A DNA stretch of 64,000 nucleotides from Macrostomum hystrix (taxonomy: Eukaryota > Animalia > Platyhelminthes): positions 20,894,001 to 20,958,000 of the forward strand of contig CATNEN010000039.1 of assembly GCA_950097015.1 (NCBI GenBank), written 5' to 3'. Numbering within the stretch: the stretch's first letter is position 1; the number at the start of each line of letters is the position of its first letter. The notes under the pieces are model-generated. The model was not told the origin of the DNA and searched no databases. It was given only the letters and a program-made list of their open reading frames with translations. This document shows, piece after piece, positions 1-12,620 of this stretch. A program made the translations under genes and the position numbers.

Positions 1-1
1 T

Positions 2-1288
2 GTGCGCTTAGTGATGGGTCAGAGTTTTCCACAGGAGCCACCAAAGGGCTATTTTTTAACTCGCATTTTTCATCCGAATATTGCCACTCCGTCTGGCGAG
101 ATCTGTGTTAACACTCTCAAACGTGATTGGACACCAGACACCAGTCTGAGACACCTGCTGCTAGTTGTCAAGTGCCTGCTAATTGTGCCCAATGCTGAGT
201 CTGCACTTAATCAGGTATCAACTTATGGGGTTGTGGTCTTTGCTTTTTTGCTTAGATAAATCGCTTGAGTAGGCCTTGCGGTAGTCACATTCTAATTAAT
301 TTTAGTATTTTTCCGATTTAGTTTAGTCATATGCCAACTTAGATTAGTCACAGTCCCCTTTAGATTAGTCAGATTCCACTTTAGATTAGTCAGATTCCAC
401 TTTAGATTAGTCAGATTCCACTTTAGATTAGTCTCGTTCCATTTTAGGTTAGTCACATTCCATTTTAGGTTAGTCACATTCCATTTTAGGTTAGTCACAT
501 TCCATTTTAGGTTAGTCATATTCCTACTTAAGGTTAGTCATATTCCTACTTAGGTTAGTCATATTCCTACTTAGGTTAGTCATATTCCTACTTAGGTTAG
601 TCATATTCCTACTTAGGTTAGTCATATTCCTACTTAGGTTAGTCATATTCCTACTTAGGTTAGTCATATTCCTACTTAGGTAAGTCACATTCCCCTTCAG
701 ATAAGTCACATTTCACTTTTGGTTAGTCACATTCCAACTTAGGTTAGTTAGATTCCATTTTAGGGTAGTCTATTTTTTAGATTTTTTAGATTTCATGTTA
801 TACCAATTTGGTGTATTAAGTTAAGTTACTCAAAACTACATTATAAAATATTAAGTTTTTAAGTTTTCAAGTTTTGAAAATATGAAGTTATCCCATTTTT
901 ACTCAATGTTTAGGAGGCTGGACGACTCCTACTCGAAGACTACGCTGAGTATTACTCCAGAGCCCGACTATTCACAGAGATTCACGCACTACAAAGTCCC
1001 ATTGCTCCTGTCATGGGTTTAGACATAGATTCTGGCGATAATTGCGTGTAAGTATTTTTCTTCTGAAATTAGTATTATCTTCTTTGATTTCTACATGAGA
1101 GTAGGCAAACTAGTACGTAGTCTTTAAATACATTTTAAAAGTTGTTAACTGATTATTGCAGACTTCACGATGCCAATGACAATGCCGCAGTTTCTGCAGA
1201 CTCGTCAGCCGCTGCCAAGCGACCGTCTGCGCAGCCTGCAGATGGACCGGCTGTTAAGAAGGCCAAAAAAGTTCTAAAACGGCTTTGA
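2..1288 (+). CDS. UBE2S: Ubiquitin-conjugating enzyme E2 S, 5'-partial; exons <2-214, 914-1047, 1162-1288
   Basis: UBC motif FHPNI...[12 protein letters not shown] and PNAESALN|[22 protein letters not shown]. Basic tail [10 protein letters not shown] is typical of UBE2S. GT-AG introns keep the frame. Confidence 0.93.
320..770 (+). repeat. 21-bp intronic minisatellite (cattccattttaggttagtca / tattcctacttaggttagtca)
   Basis: Tandem 21-bp period visible in UBE2S intron 1; explains the repetitive ORFs 292..519 and 524..709. Confidence 0.95.
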
Positions 1289-2046
1289 TTAAAAAAGTTC
1301 AACTTCTTTGTTACATTTTTTTGAGTTAATAATTTTCTGGCACTGCAGAAATTCTGAAGTCACTAGTGTCCCAAGAACCTACTCGAAGATAGTATTATGA
1401 GTTTAGGTGATCGCGGAACGCGATTAATTATCATGTTTGTTGTTTCTTATTACAAGTTCTTGCTTTCAACTTGTAAAATATGAAAGTAAAAAACAGGAAA
1501 TGCCTAGATTTTTCATTCGGCCGGAATTTGAAATACGTATTGGTTATTTGTACTAAGTCAGGTCGCTTAACTGTAAATTTCGTGTGACAAATGAATAAAG
1601 TATATTCCATATAGTGTGACATTTTTAGCATCATTTAAATCACGTGACAGTTGACCTTAAATTACCAGGAAAGCAATAATTGCGACCAATTTACTCCCAA
1701 AAATCTTGCTTTTTATAAATTGCTTATAGCAATTTGTGCATAGCCTTTGTGTTTAACTTAAGTTATTTGAGAATGTGCTCATACAGAAATCTTAGCTAAT
1801 AATTAAATAAACAAGCAAACAGCCAGCTTACAAAATCTGTTTTTAGTCTCGCGGCTTATTGTACAACTTTTTTCTTTTTTTGCATTCTGTCCAGACTACT
1901 CGCTAGTAGTAGTTTGTTGCAAGTCAGTGGTAAAAACTTTCGGGGCAAGGTCTGTTTACTTAGCATAGAATCCAAATTGTCACTGCAATCTAGATCGATA
2001 GTAAAGAGATGAGACACAGTTCAGATGAATCACGATAGATATAGGA

Positions 2047-2680
2047 GAGATAAGACATCAGATAATACCCAAGGGACAGATGAGACACTAGTGATAAGAC
2101 AGTAGATCTTAGATGCGGGAGAGATAAGACATCAGATAATACCCAAGGGACAGATGAGACACTAGTGATAAGACAGTAGAGCTTAGATGCGGGAGAGATA
2201 AGACATCAGATAATACCCAAGGGACAGATGAGACACTAGTGATAAGACAGTAGATCTTAGATGCGGGAGAGATAAGACATCAGATAATACCCAAGGGACA
2301 GATGAGACACTAGTGATAAGACAGTAGAGCTTAGATGCGGGAGAGATAAGACATCAGATAATACCCAAGGGACAGATGAGACACTAGTGATAAGACAGTA
2401 GATCTTAGATGCGGGAGAGATAAGACATCAGATAATACCCAAGGGACAGATGAGACACTAGTGATAAGACAGTAGAGCTTAGATGCGGGAGAGATAAGAC
2501 ATCAGATAATACCCAAGGGACAGATGAGACACTAGTGATAAGACAGTAGATCTTAGATGCGGGAGAGATAAGACATCAGATAATACCCAAGGGACAGATG
2601 AGACACTAGTGATAAGACAGTAGAGCTTAGATGCGGGAGAGATAAGACATCAGATAATACCCAAGGGACAGATGAGACAC
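2047..2680. repeat. 74-bp tandem repeat, about 8.5 copies, alternating variants (148-bp dimer)
   Basis: gagataagacatcagataatacccaaggg recurs every 74 bp; gatcttag and gagcttag variants alternate. Confidence 0.95.
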
Positions 2681-2808
2681 GGGGAGTAGATGTTGCAGAA
2701 GGCTGCAAAGCAGAATTTAGTGTCATTGAAATCGAGATGACGCATAAATTTCCCTTTCAGAATTGTTAACACATTTTGTAGCAAAACACTGCACAACAAT
2801 AGACGGGT

Positions 2809-3739
2809 ATGAACGCCGCTCCGAATGCGCCACAAGAGGATCCACTGTTGGAGCAACTCAACCGGCTCCTCGACATTCAACAGAGTGCCGGTCTGCTAGC
2901 GCAGCTGAGTCAAGCAACGACAGACGCTGAAAAGGAGCGGATATTGTTCGCCCGCGTTCTCCAGCCGCGCCTGGCCCTGCCGTATTCGTTTACTTCGCCG
3001 CACGCGCCGCCCTTAAGCCCGGAGGAGCGTCGGGTTCGCGTCGTGATGGACAGCTGCGCATTTAAGGCTAGCCTGTCCTGCGTCGCCGGCGGAGCTCTCG
3101 GCGCCTTCTTCGGCCTATTCACGGCCAGCATTGATCCGATGTCCACTGTGGTTCCGGGAGCGGAAACTCCCACAACCCGGCAGGTGCGATTCCTGTACAC
3201 ATATTAAAGGGATTTGATGGGATATTGGTATTTCTTGAATTGCGATATTCGATAGAGTTTTTATATAGGATATTTTAATACGATTTCTCGATTTAGGATA
3301 TTAAGATAGGATCTCTTTTTTGAGGAAAAATTTGCATATTAAGTTAATATACTCTTTTTTAATAATAGTTAACTTTTGATGATATAAAGTTACAAGCTTT
3401 TCTTACATTAAGAATGGGCACATAATAGGCGCATTTTTTTCCTGATTTTGCATAGATTTTATCATAATTTATTTTCTATATTCACAGGTTCTTCGCGAAA
3501 TGGGCAACCGTATGGTTTCTTACGGTAAAAACTTTGCCGTACTAGGCGTCATGTTTGCGTCAACTGAGTGCTCGTTGGAGGTGCTGCGTGCCAAGAATGA
3601 CCTGTTGAATGGCACCGGCGCAGGCGCCATTGTAGGCGGCGTTCTAGGATTTCGGGCGGGCCTGAAAGCTGCAGCTGCTGGAGCTGCTGGCTTCGCAGCG
3701 TTTTCAACTGCAATCGATTGGTACATGAAGCATAGATAG
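2809..3739 (+). CDS. TIMM22: Mitochondrial inner membrane translocase subunit Tim22; exons 2809-3183, 3488-3739
   Basis: [30 protein letters not shown] and [30 protein letters not shown]...[11 protein letters not shown] are Tim22 signatures. Phase-0 GT-AG intron. Confidence 0.95.
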
Positions 3740-3787
3740 ACATGATAAATCTGAATAAAATTCTTTCACATGTGGGGTCGTTGATTT

Positions 3788-4520
3788 GAATAAAACACTA
3801 AATTTGGGGTGGTGGGTTAGGGCTGAATAAAAAACGCTCCAAATTTGGGGTTGTGGGTTAGGGCTGAATAAAAACACTCTAAATTTGGGGTGGTAGGTTA
3901 GGGCTGAATAAAAAACACTCTAAATTTGGGGTGGTGGGTTAGTGCTGAATAAAAAACACTCTAAATTTGGGGTGGTGGGTTTGGGCTGAATAAAAAACGC
4001 TCCAAATTTGGGGTGGTGGGTTAGGGCTGAATAAAAACACTCTAAATTTGGGGTGGTGGGTTAGGGCTGAATAAAAAACACTCTAAATTTGGGGTGGTGG
4101 GTTTGGGCTGAATAAAAAACACTAAATTTGGGGTGGCGGGTTAGGGCTGAATAAAAAACACTCTAAATTTGGGGTGGTGGGTTTGGGCTGAATAAAAAAC
4201 ACTAAATTTGGGGTGGCGGGTTAGGGCTGAATAAAAAACACTCTAAATTTGGGGTGGTGGGTTTGGGCTGAATAAAAAACACTAAATTTGGGGTGGCGGG
4301 TTAGGGCTGGATAAAAAACATTCTAAATTTGGGGTGGTGGGTTAGGGCTGGATAAAACACTTTAATTTAGGCTGGTAGGTTAGGGCTCAATCAAACAACT
4401 ATTAAATTGTGATGGTGGGTTAGGGCTAAAAACCTTAAAACTGGGGTGGTTGGTTATGGCTAAAAAACCTTTAAATTGGGGTGGTGGTTTGGGGTTAAAA
4501 ACCTTGAAATTGGGGTGTAG
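3788..4520 (+). repeat. About 39-41-bp G-rich tandem repeat containing AATAAA and GGGTTAGGG
   Basis: Unit ctctaaatttggggtggtgggttagggctgaataaaaaaca, directly downstream of the TIM22 stop. Confidence 0.95.
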
Positions 4521-5002
4521 GTTAGAACAAATTAAATCGAAATTATAACGCATTTTAAGCCTTCAAATACGTGATTTAGTACGATAGAAAGTTTGCTGTG
4601 GAAGATTATTAGTTAGAATTTGTTATTTTTAATAACAAAATATCTTGCTAGCTTAGATTCAATAATTTAGTAGTAATTAAAATTTTATTGTGTACTTTGC
4701 CGTAAAATGTATTTATATTCTAGTTTTTACATTCTTGTGCATGCAAAACAGCATTTTAACACACTTGTGTTATGATTATAAATTGAGTGCACTAGAAAAA
4801 TACAATGATGCAGACCATTGTTGATAATTGTGTCTTCTGTTGGCGCATAGCTTTTATTATTTGTGTTCATTTAAAGTGCCTCTCATCTACTTTAAGTAGT
4901 TAAAAAGTATTTTAAGGCTTTTAAAGGCTAGATAAATTTTCTCCATTGCAGCAAAAGCATTAATAAAGTAAGCACAGAGCGGATTCTAGCAGCGATTCTG
5001 CC

Positions 5003-8000
5003 ATGCAGCAGTCCAAGCCTAAGCCGGAATTCGGTGTCGGCGGCGATATCGTCGCTTCGTCGGCGTCTTCTGGATCGACTTCCTCGTCTAGGAAGCTGGC
5101 TATTAAGAACATGTCAAACATTGGCGCATCGACAATAGACTATTCCAGCGAATGGAAGAAGCTCAAAGAAGCTGTTGACGCAGTTTATCATAGCACTAGT
5201 GTGCAGTACACTCTGGAGGATCTGCTCAAAGCTGTTGAGACAGTCTGCAATCACTGTCTGGCTGATACACTATATAAGGATCTGCAATTGGTCTTTGATC
5301 AGTTTGTGCAGAGTAATCTGCATAAGTGAGTTCCATGCACTTTTAAGCTGTTCCTTTGTAAAGCCGCGATAGTTTGTTTCTTTAAAAAATTAAATCGCTT
5401 AGTTTTTCATTGGGCTCCATTTTTATTAAGAATCCCATTTTTTCAAAACTCATTTTGAAAGAATCTCATTTTTCCCGTCAAAGAATCCCATGATTTGCCA
5501 ACTAAAAATTCCGTATTTTTCCCAACTTCAAATCCCATATTTCCCAACTAAGAGCCCTATATTTTCCAAACTATACTGTCTAACAAAAGTTCTTGTACGG
5601 TTGCTTATGTTGCTTCTAGTATCCATAATTTCCATCCGATTCAAATGAAAATTAGTGCAAATGAAAGCTGGGAATCTCTGCAACATTTTCTGTTTCACCA
5701 TATTTTTTTATTCTGGAGTGGCTCGGAACAGCTTGCCGTTTAGCACAGACAGGTCGAATAAAAAAGTGACAGAATGACATAGAGCAAGCAGTCTATGGCC
5801 AACTTTCTTCACCGACGCAAGCGACCAGCCTGCGTCCTCTCGAAGCGAAACGATTATCCAACGAATTTCTTGGCTCACAACAGGCATGTCTCTCAGAAAG
5901 GGCAAGTTAAGTCGTGGAACTTTGCGAGGAAGCACAGGGTTATACAGTGTGCGACAGTTTAGGCCATAGACATGTCGCCTGGGGTGAAGAAGTAAAGCAA
6001 ACCCCACACACAGAGCGATCGATCGACAGAAGGCTTCCTAGACACTGTGGAGTTCGTCAGCGCGTGAAGAAAGTTGGCCATAGACTGCTTGCTCTATGTC
6101 ATTCTGTCACTTTTTTTATTCGACCTGTCTGTGCTAAACGGCAAGCTGTTCCGAGCCACTCCAGAATAAAAAATACGGTGAAACAGAAAATGTTGCAGAG
6201 ATTCCCAGCTTTCATTTGCACTAATTTTCATTTGAATCGGATGGAAATTATGGATACTAGAGGCAACAGAAGCAACTGTACAAGAACTTTTGTTCGACAG
6301 TATAGGAATCCCATGATTTTCCCAACTTCAAATCCCATATTTCCCAACTATTAGTCCTACATTTTCCTCACTAGAAATCCCATATTTTTTCTAACCTCAA
6401 ATCCCATATTTCTCAAATAAGAATCCCAAATTTTCCCGACTAAAAATCCCATATCTTCCAACTATAAATCCCACATTTTTCTGACTTGAAATCCCATATT
6501 TTCCCAACTCTAAATCCCAAATTTTGAAAACAGGTTTCTGACGGATAGCCCTGACACGGTGAGCTATCTGCGCAGTCTGGCAAACTTTTGGGACAGCTAC
6601 TGCTGTCAGGTGCTGATGATTCGCTGTATATTTCTATTCCTTGACCGGCAGCACGTGTTATTCAACTCTGAGATGCGATCCCTGTGGGATCTGGGCCTCG
6701 CCACATTCAGTCGTAGAATTCTGGACAATCGCGAAGTTCAGCGTCGCTGCATTGGCGGCCTTTTGGAACTCATCGAGCTAGAACGTGGCGGCGATGCTGT
6801 TGACAGGCAGCTGTTGAAAACCCTGCTGAGAATGCTGTTCGATTTGGGCCAGTACAGGACCGTGTTTGAGCCGGCCTTCATGGCTGCCACTGAGCGGCTG
6901 TACAGGTAAGAATCGTAGTAAGAATCGAAGCAGGAATCCTACATGGAATCGTAGCAGGAATCCTACATGGAATCGTAGAATAAATCCTACATGAATTCGT
7001 AGCAGGAATCCTACATGGAATCGAAGAATGGATCCTACATGGAATCGAAGCAGGAATCCTACCTGGAATCGTAGCAGGAATCCTACATGGAATCGTAGCA
7101 GGAATCCTACATGGAATCGTAGCAGGAATCCTACATGGAATCGTAGCAGGAATCCTACATGGAATCGTAGCAGGAATCCTACATGGAATCGTAGAATGAA
7201 TCCTACATGAATTCGTAGCAGGAATCCTACATGGAATCGAAGAATGGATCCTACATGGAATCGAAGCAGGAATCCTACCTGGAATCGTAGCAGGAATCCT
7301 ACATGGAATCGTAGCAGGAATCCTACATGGAATCGTAGCAGGAATCCTACATGGAATCGTAGCAGGAATCCTACATGGAATCGTAGCAGGAATCCTACAT
7401 GGAATCGTAGAATGAATCCTACATGGAATCGTAGCAGGAATCCTACATGGAATCGTAGAATGAATCCTACATGGAATCGTAGTAGGAATCCTACATGGAA
7501 TCGTAGCAGGTATCCTACATGGAGTCGTAGCAGGAATTTACATGGAATCGTAGAATGAATCCTAGAATCGTAGAAGGAATATGATCATATTTACTAATTT
7601 AGCTAATGCAGAACTACAAGTAATTTTGCTTTACTTTTTTCTAGAATCGAAGGCCAGCAAAGGTTGGAGGCGCTGGAGGTAGCCGATTATCTGGTTCATA
7701 TCGAGACGCGCCTAGCGGAGGAGAGCGACCGGGTGAATCACTACCTGAATCAATGCAGCCGCACCCAGTTGATCGCTGTATTGCTACAGCAGCTGCTCTC
7801 CGCCCATCTGGCGCCAATTATCGAGCGCGGCCTGCGGCCTCTGATTGTGCCATCGGTGCGTCGGACTGATCTGAGTCGAATGTACGGACTGCTGGCCAGG
7901 TGAGAAACCAATGTGAATAGTTTTGGCTAATCTATGTTCCGGAGTTTCGTTTTTAGACGATTAAAAATTGTCGTCTGTGGATTTCAAATTATATTTCTTT

Positions 8001-11000
8001 GATTACAAATTGTGTTTAGTCGATTCCAAATTGTTTTTAGTCGATTCCAAATTGTCTTTAGTCGATTCCAAATTGTCTTTAGTCGATTCCAAATTGTCTT
8101 TAGTCGATTCCGAATTGTGTTTAGTCGATTCCAAATTGTCTTTAGTCGATTCCAAATTGTCTTTAGTCGATTCTATAGCTGGTGCCTCAACTGATGTTCG
8201 TATATTTCATTATGATCTTAGCAGATTCCACAATAATCTTAGCAGATTCCACAATAATCTTAGCAGATTCCACAATAATCTTAGCAGATTCCACAATAAT
8301 CTTAGCAGATTCCACAATAATCTTAGCAGATTCCACAATGATCTTAGTAGATTCCACAGCAGATTCCACGATCCACAATCCGCAGAGTTGACGGCGGCCT
8401 GACCCAGCTGTGTGACGCATTCAAGGCGCTCATCAAGCAGGAGGGCTGCGTCATTGTGCAGAATCCCACCTCCGATCCGGAGAAGGACAAGGCCATGGTT
8501 GAGCTGCTGCTTGACTTCAAAGACAAAATCGACGAAATTCAATCCAATTGCTTCGACTCCAATGAGAAATTCCAGCACGCCATTGTGCACTCATTTGAGG
8601 CCGTGTGCAACTGCCGGCCTAACAAACCAGCCGAGTACATTGCCAAGTACATCGACACCAGGCTGAAGGCAGGCAATAAGGCCGCCTCGGATGAGGAACT
8701 AGAACGGCTGCTGGATAAGATTATGGTGCTATTTAGATTTGTCCAGGTGAGCTATACGGACTTGTCTGATGCCTGGCTCATGATTGATTATCCTAATGTT
8801 GTTTACAGCTAGCTGTGTCCCAACAATTGGGATAATTGTCACAAATCCTCATAGTGACATTTTTATTATCCCGATTCCTAGATTGAGATAATTGTGTCCA
8901 CAAATCCTGATAGGGACATTTTTCCCGATTCCCAAATTGGGATAATTGTCACAAATCCTCATAGTGACATTTGTATTTTCCCCAATTCCCAGATTGGGAT
9001 AATTGTGTCCCAAAAATTGGGATAATTCAATTGTCACAAATCCTCATAATGATATTTGTATTATCTCCGATTACCAGATTGGGATAATTATGTCCCAAAT
9101 CCTGATAGTGACATTTTTAATATCCCATGATTCCCAGATTTGGATTATTGTGTTACATACATTTGTATGTAACACAATTACATTTGTATTTGTAATACAT
9201 TTGTATTATCCCCCGAATCCCAGAGATAATTGTGTTCCAGATCCTCATAACGGAAATCGTTGTCTCTAGATTCCCAGCTGAAGACAATCAATCTGATTCT
9301 ACCTAAACGAATAAATCCCATCGACCCCTAGGGCAAGGACGTGTTCGAGGCGTTCTACAAGAAAGACCTGGCCAAGCGACTGCTCATAGGCAAGAGCGCC
9401 AGCTCAGACGCTGAGAAGTCCATGCTGTCTAAGCTGAAGCAGGAGTGTGGCGCCGGCTACACTAATAAGCTAGAGGGCATGTTCAAAGATATCGAATTGA
9501 GTCGCGACGTTAATACAGCATTTCGACAGCACCTGTCACAGTTACCGGACCCGCCAACCATTGACATGACTGTCAGCGTGCTCACGATGGGATTCTGGCC
9601 AACCTATCAGCCTGGAGAGGTGCGCCTACCGCCTGAGATGGTGGCACTGCAGGATCTGTTTCGCAGATTCTACCTGGGCAAGCACACGGGCAGGCGGCTG
9701 CTGTTTCAGCACAGCCTCGGCTACTGCAGTCTCAAAGCGCTGTTCTCTGGCGGACAGCGCAAGGAGCTTCAGGTGGGTGACAACTGCTGGTTCTGTCCAG
9801 GAGTTATTTGCACTTCAATAATGTACAATGCCTTTCCAATCCGCTTCGCTCTTCTAATTTCCTTCCCTCCATTCCTTCTCATCACATTCCTCCTAATACC
9901 TTTCTTTCCAATCGTTCGCTAGTTCTAATCTAAGCATAATCTTTCTAATCCATTTTTCCAATCATCATCCTTGTTCTAATTAAACCTGCAACTCCCACTT
10001 TAACACTTCTGATCCTAATATTTCTAACCCCATTTCTTCTTATCCCTTATCCTTCTGATCCTAAGCCTTCTAATCCCTTATCCTTCTAATCCTAAGCCTT
10101 CTAATCCCTTATCCTTCTAATCCTAAGCCTTCTAATCCCTTATCATTCTGATCCTAAGCCTTCTAATCCCTTATCCTTCTGATCCTAAGCCTTCTAATCC
10201 CTTATCCTTCTAATCCTAAGCCTTCTAATCCCTTATCCTTCTAATCCCTTATCCTTCTAATCCTAAGCCTTCTAATCCCTTATCCTTCTGATCCTAAGCC
10301 TTCTAATCCCTTACCCTTCTAATCCTAAGCCTTCTAATCCCTTATCCTTCTAATCCTAAGCCTTCTAATCGCTTATCCTTCGAATCCTAAGCCTTCTAAT
10401 CTCTTATCCTTCTAATCCTAAGCCTTCTAATCGCTTATCCTTCTAATCCTAAGCCTTCTAATCCCTTATCATTCTAATCCTAAGCCTTCTAATCCCTTAT
10501 CCTTCTAATCCTAAGCCTTCTAATCGCTTATCCTTCGAATCCTAAGTCTTCTAATCTCTTATCCTTCTAATCCTAAGCCTTCTAATCGCTTATCCTTCTA
10601 ATCCTAAGCCTTCTAATCCCTTATCATTCTAATCCTAAGCCTTCTAATCCCTTATCCTTCTAATCCTAAGCCTTCTAATCCCTTATAATTCTAATCCTAA
10701 GCCTTCTAATCCCTTATCCTTCTAATCCTAAGCCTTCTAATCGCTTATCCTTCTAATCCTAAGCCTTCTAATCCCTTATCCTTCGAATCCTAAGCCTTCT
10801 AATCGCTTATCCTTCGAATCCTAAGCCTTCTAATCTCTTATCCTTCTAATCCCTTATCCTTCTAATCCTAAGCCTTCTAATCGCTTATCCTTCGAATCCT
10901 AAGCCTTCTAATCTCTTATCCTTCTAATCCTAAGCCTTCTAATTGCTTATTATTCTAATCCTTAGCCTTCTAATCGCTTATCATTCTAATCCAAATCCTA

Positions 11001-11576
11001 AAGGCCTCCCCTTTTTGTCCTAATCCTTCCGTTCTAATCCTAAGCACTACACGCTCTGTCCAACAGGTGTCAGTGTTCCAAACGCTGGTGCTGCTATTGT
11101 TCAACGACGCGGACAGCCTCACCCTGACCGAGATCACCGATCGCACCGGCATTGAGGACAGCGAACTCAAGCGTACCTTACTCAGCCTGTGCGTCAGCAA
11201 GCAGCGAGTCCTGCACAAGCAGCCGGCTAGCAAGGAGGTCCTGCCCGGCGACTCTTTCCAGTTTAATCCGGATTTCAGACACAAGCTAATCAAGGTGAAG
11301 TTCAACCAAATCCAACTGAAGGAGACAGACAAGGAGCAGAAGATGACAGAAGAGCGCGTCTTCGCCGATCGACAGTTCCAGGTTGACGCGGCTATTGTTC
11401 GCATTATGAAGATGCGCAAGAGTCTGGAACACAATCCTCTGATTGCCGAACTGCTCGAACAGCTCAAATTTCCATGCAAGGCATCCGACTTAAAGAAGCG
11501 AATCGAGAGCCTTATCGATCGGGATTATATACGGCGAGATAGCGACAAGCAAAACCTGTACCATTATGTGGCTTGA
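5003..11576 (+). CDS. CUL4: Cullin-4; exons 5003-5325, 6534-6905, 7645-7899, 8386-8746, 9332-9772, 11067-11576
   Basis: RKLAIKN N-terminus, [50 protein letters not shown], neddylation domain [19 protein letters not shown]-terminal YHYVA*. All five introns are GT-AG with compatible phases. Confidence 0.96.
5430..6525. repeat. Degenerate ~21-bp repeat (aaatcccatattttcccaact) split by the MITE
   Basis: Units lie on both sides of the MITE (5430-5570 and 6306-6525). Confidence 0.75.
5571..6305. mobile_element. Non-autonomous DNA transposon (MITE) with about 242-bp terminal inverted repeats; TA-flanked (Tc1/mariner-like)
   Basis: 5571-5812 is the near-perfect reverse complement of 6064-6305 (ctatactgtc...gacagtatag). 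About 250-bp non-coding core. It interrupts a degenerate aatcccata-rich repeat. Confidence 0.9.
6910..7575. repeat. 24-bp minisatellite (aatcctacatggaatcgtagcagg) in CUL4 intron 2
   Basis: Tandem period of 24, starting at the donor site. Confidence 0.95.
8010..8385. repeat. Two adjacent 21-bp minisatellites in CUL4 intron 3
   Basis: ttagtcgattccaaattgtct, then ttagcagattccacaataatc running up to the acceptor. Confidence 0.9.
8815..9250. repeat. Degenerate ~55-65-bp repeat in CUL4 intron 4
   Basis: Recurring attgggataattgt...caaatcctcatagtgacattt. Confidence 0.7.
10040..11045. repeat. 31-bp pyrimidine-rich minisatellite in CUL4 intron 5
   Basis: Unit ttatccttctaatcctaagccttctaatccc. Confidence 0.95.
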
Positions 11577-11599
11577 ACCCTGTCTGCTCACACCTGCTC

Positions 11600-12035
11600 C
11601 TTGCACCTATCACCTGTTCCTAGATCCCGTCACTTCTTCCTAGATCCTATCACCTGTTCCTAGATCCCATCACCTGTTCCTTGCTCCTATCACTTGTGCC
11701 TAGATCCCATCACTTGTTCCTAGATCCCATAACCTGTTCCTAGATCAGATCACTTGTTCCTAGATCCCATCACCTGTTCCTAGATCCCATCACCTGTTCC
11801 TAGATCACATCACTTGTTCCTAGACCCCATCACCTGTTCCATGATCCCATCACCTGTTCCTAGATCCCATCACTTGTTCCTAGATCCCATCACCTGTTCC
11901 TAGATCCCATCACTTGTTCCTAGATCCCATCACCTGTTTCATGATCCCATCACCTGTTCCTAGATCCCATAACTTGTTCTTAGATCCCATCACATGTTTC
12001 ATGATCCCATCGCTTGTTCCTAGATCCCATCATCT
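11600..12035. repeat. 20-bp minisatellite in CUL4 3' UTR
   Basis: Unit cacctgttcctagatcccat; AATAAA follows near 12100. Confidence 0.93.
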
Positions 12036-12354
12036 TTTGCGCCGCATTCACCAGAAAAATACTTGGCAGTACCGGTTCTCAATATCTATTCCAATCCCAA
12101 TAAACGCAAGATTTTTTGTAACACAAAAATATTTCCCTGCTTATTTTGGCCCGTTTGTTAGATTATCGTTCTCAAATATTAATTAAAGCTTTGCTTTTGT
12201 AATTCACATTGGTTCAGTTCGCTTGTTTTTCTGAACTACTACAATTTCCAGTTTCCTATTTTGCTTCTCTATCGTTGTACGTTATCTTTGCTTCTGTTGG
12301 ATTTTCTGTTAAAAGAAAAGCTATTGTTGCCACAATTTCTCTGTTCTGACTGGC

Positions 12355-12620
12355 TTGTCTGACAGATGCTGCAGTTCCGTCTGACAGATTTAGGAAATGT
12401 CTGACAGAATTTGTAGATCCGTCTGACAATTTTTCAGGCTTGTCGGACAGAATTTGTAGATCCGTCTGACAGATTTAGGAAATGTCTGACAGAATTTGTA
12501 GATCCGTCTGACAGATTTAGGAAATTTCTGACAGAATTTGTAGATCCGTCTGACAATTTTTCAGGCTTTTCTGACAGAATTGGCAGATCCGTCTGACAGA
12601 TTTTACAGTGCTGACAGATC
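12355..12620. repeat. Degenerate tctgacaga-containing tandem repeat
   Basis: Recurring tctgacagaatttgtagatccgtctgacagatttaggaaatg. Confidence 0.8.

Noticed and set aside
3800-4450. Interstitial telomere
   Set aside because: Only one GGGTTAGGG per ~40-bp unit, not a (TTAGGG)n tract.
5708-6354. ORFs in the MITE as a transposase
   Set aside because: Short, span the TIRs, and have no DDE or HTH motifs.
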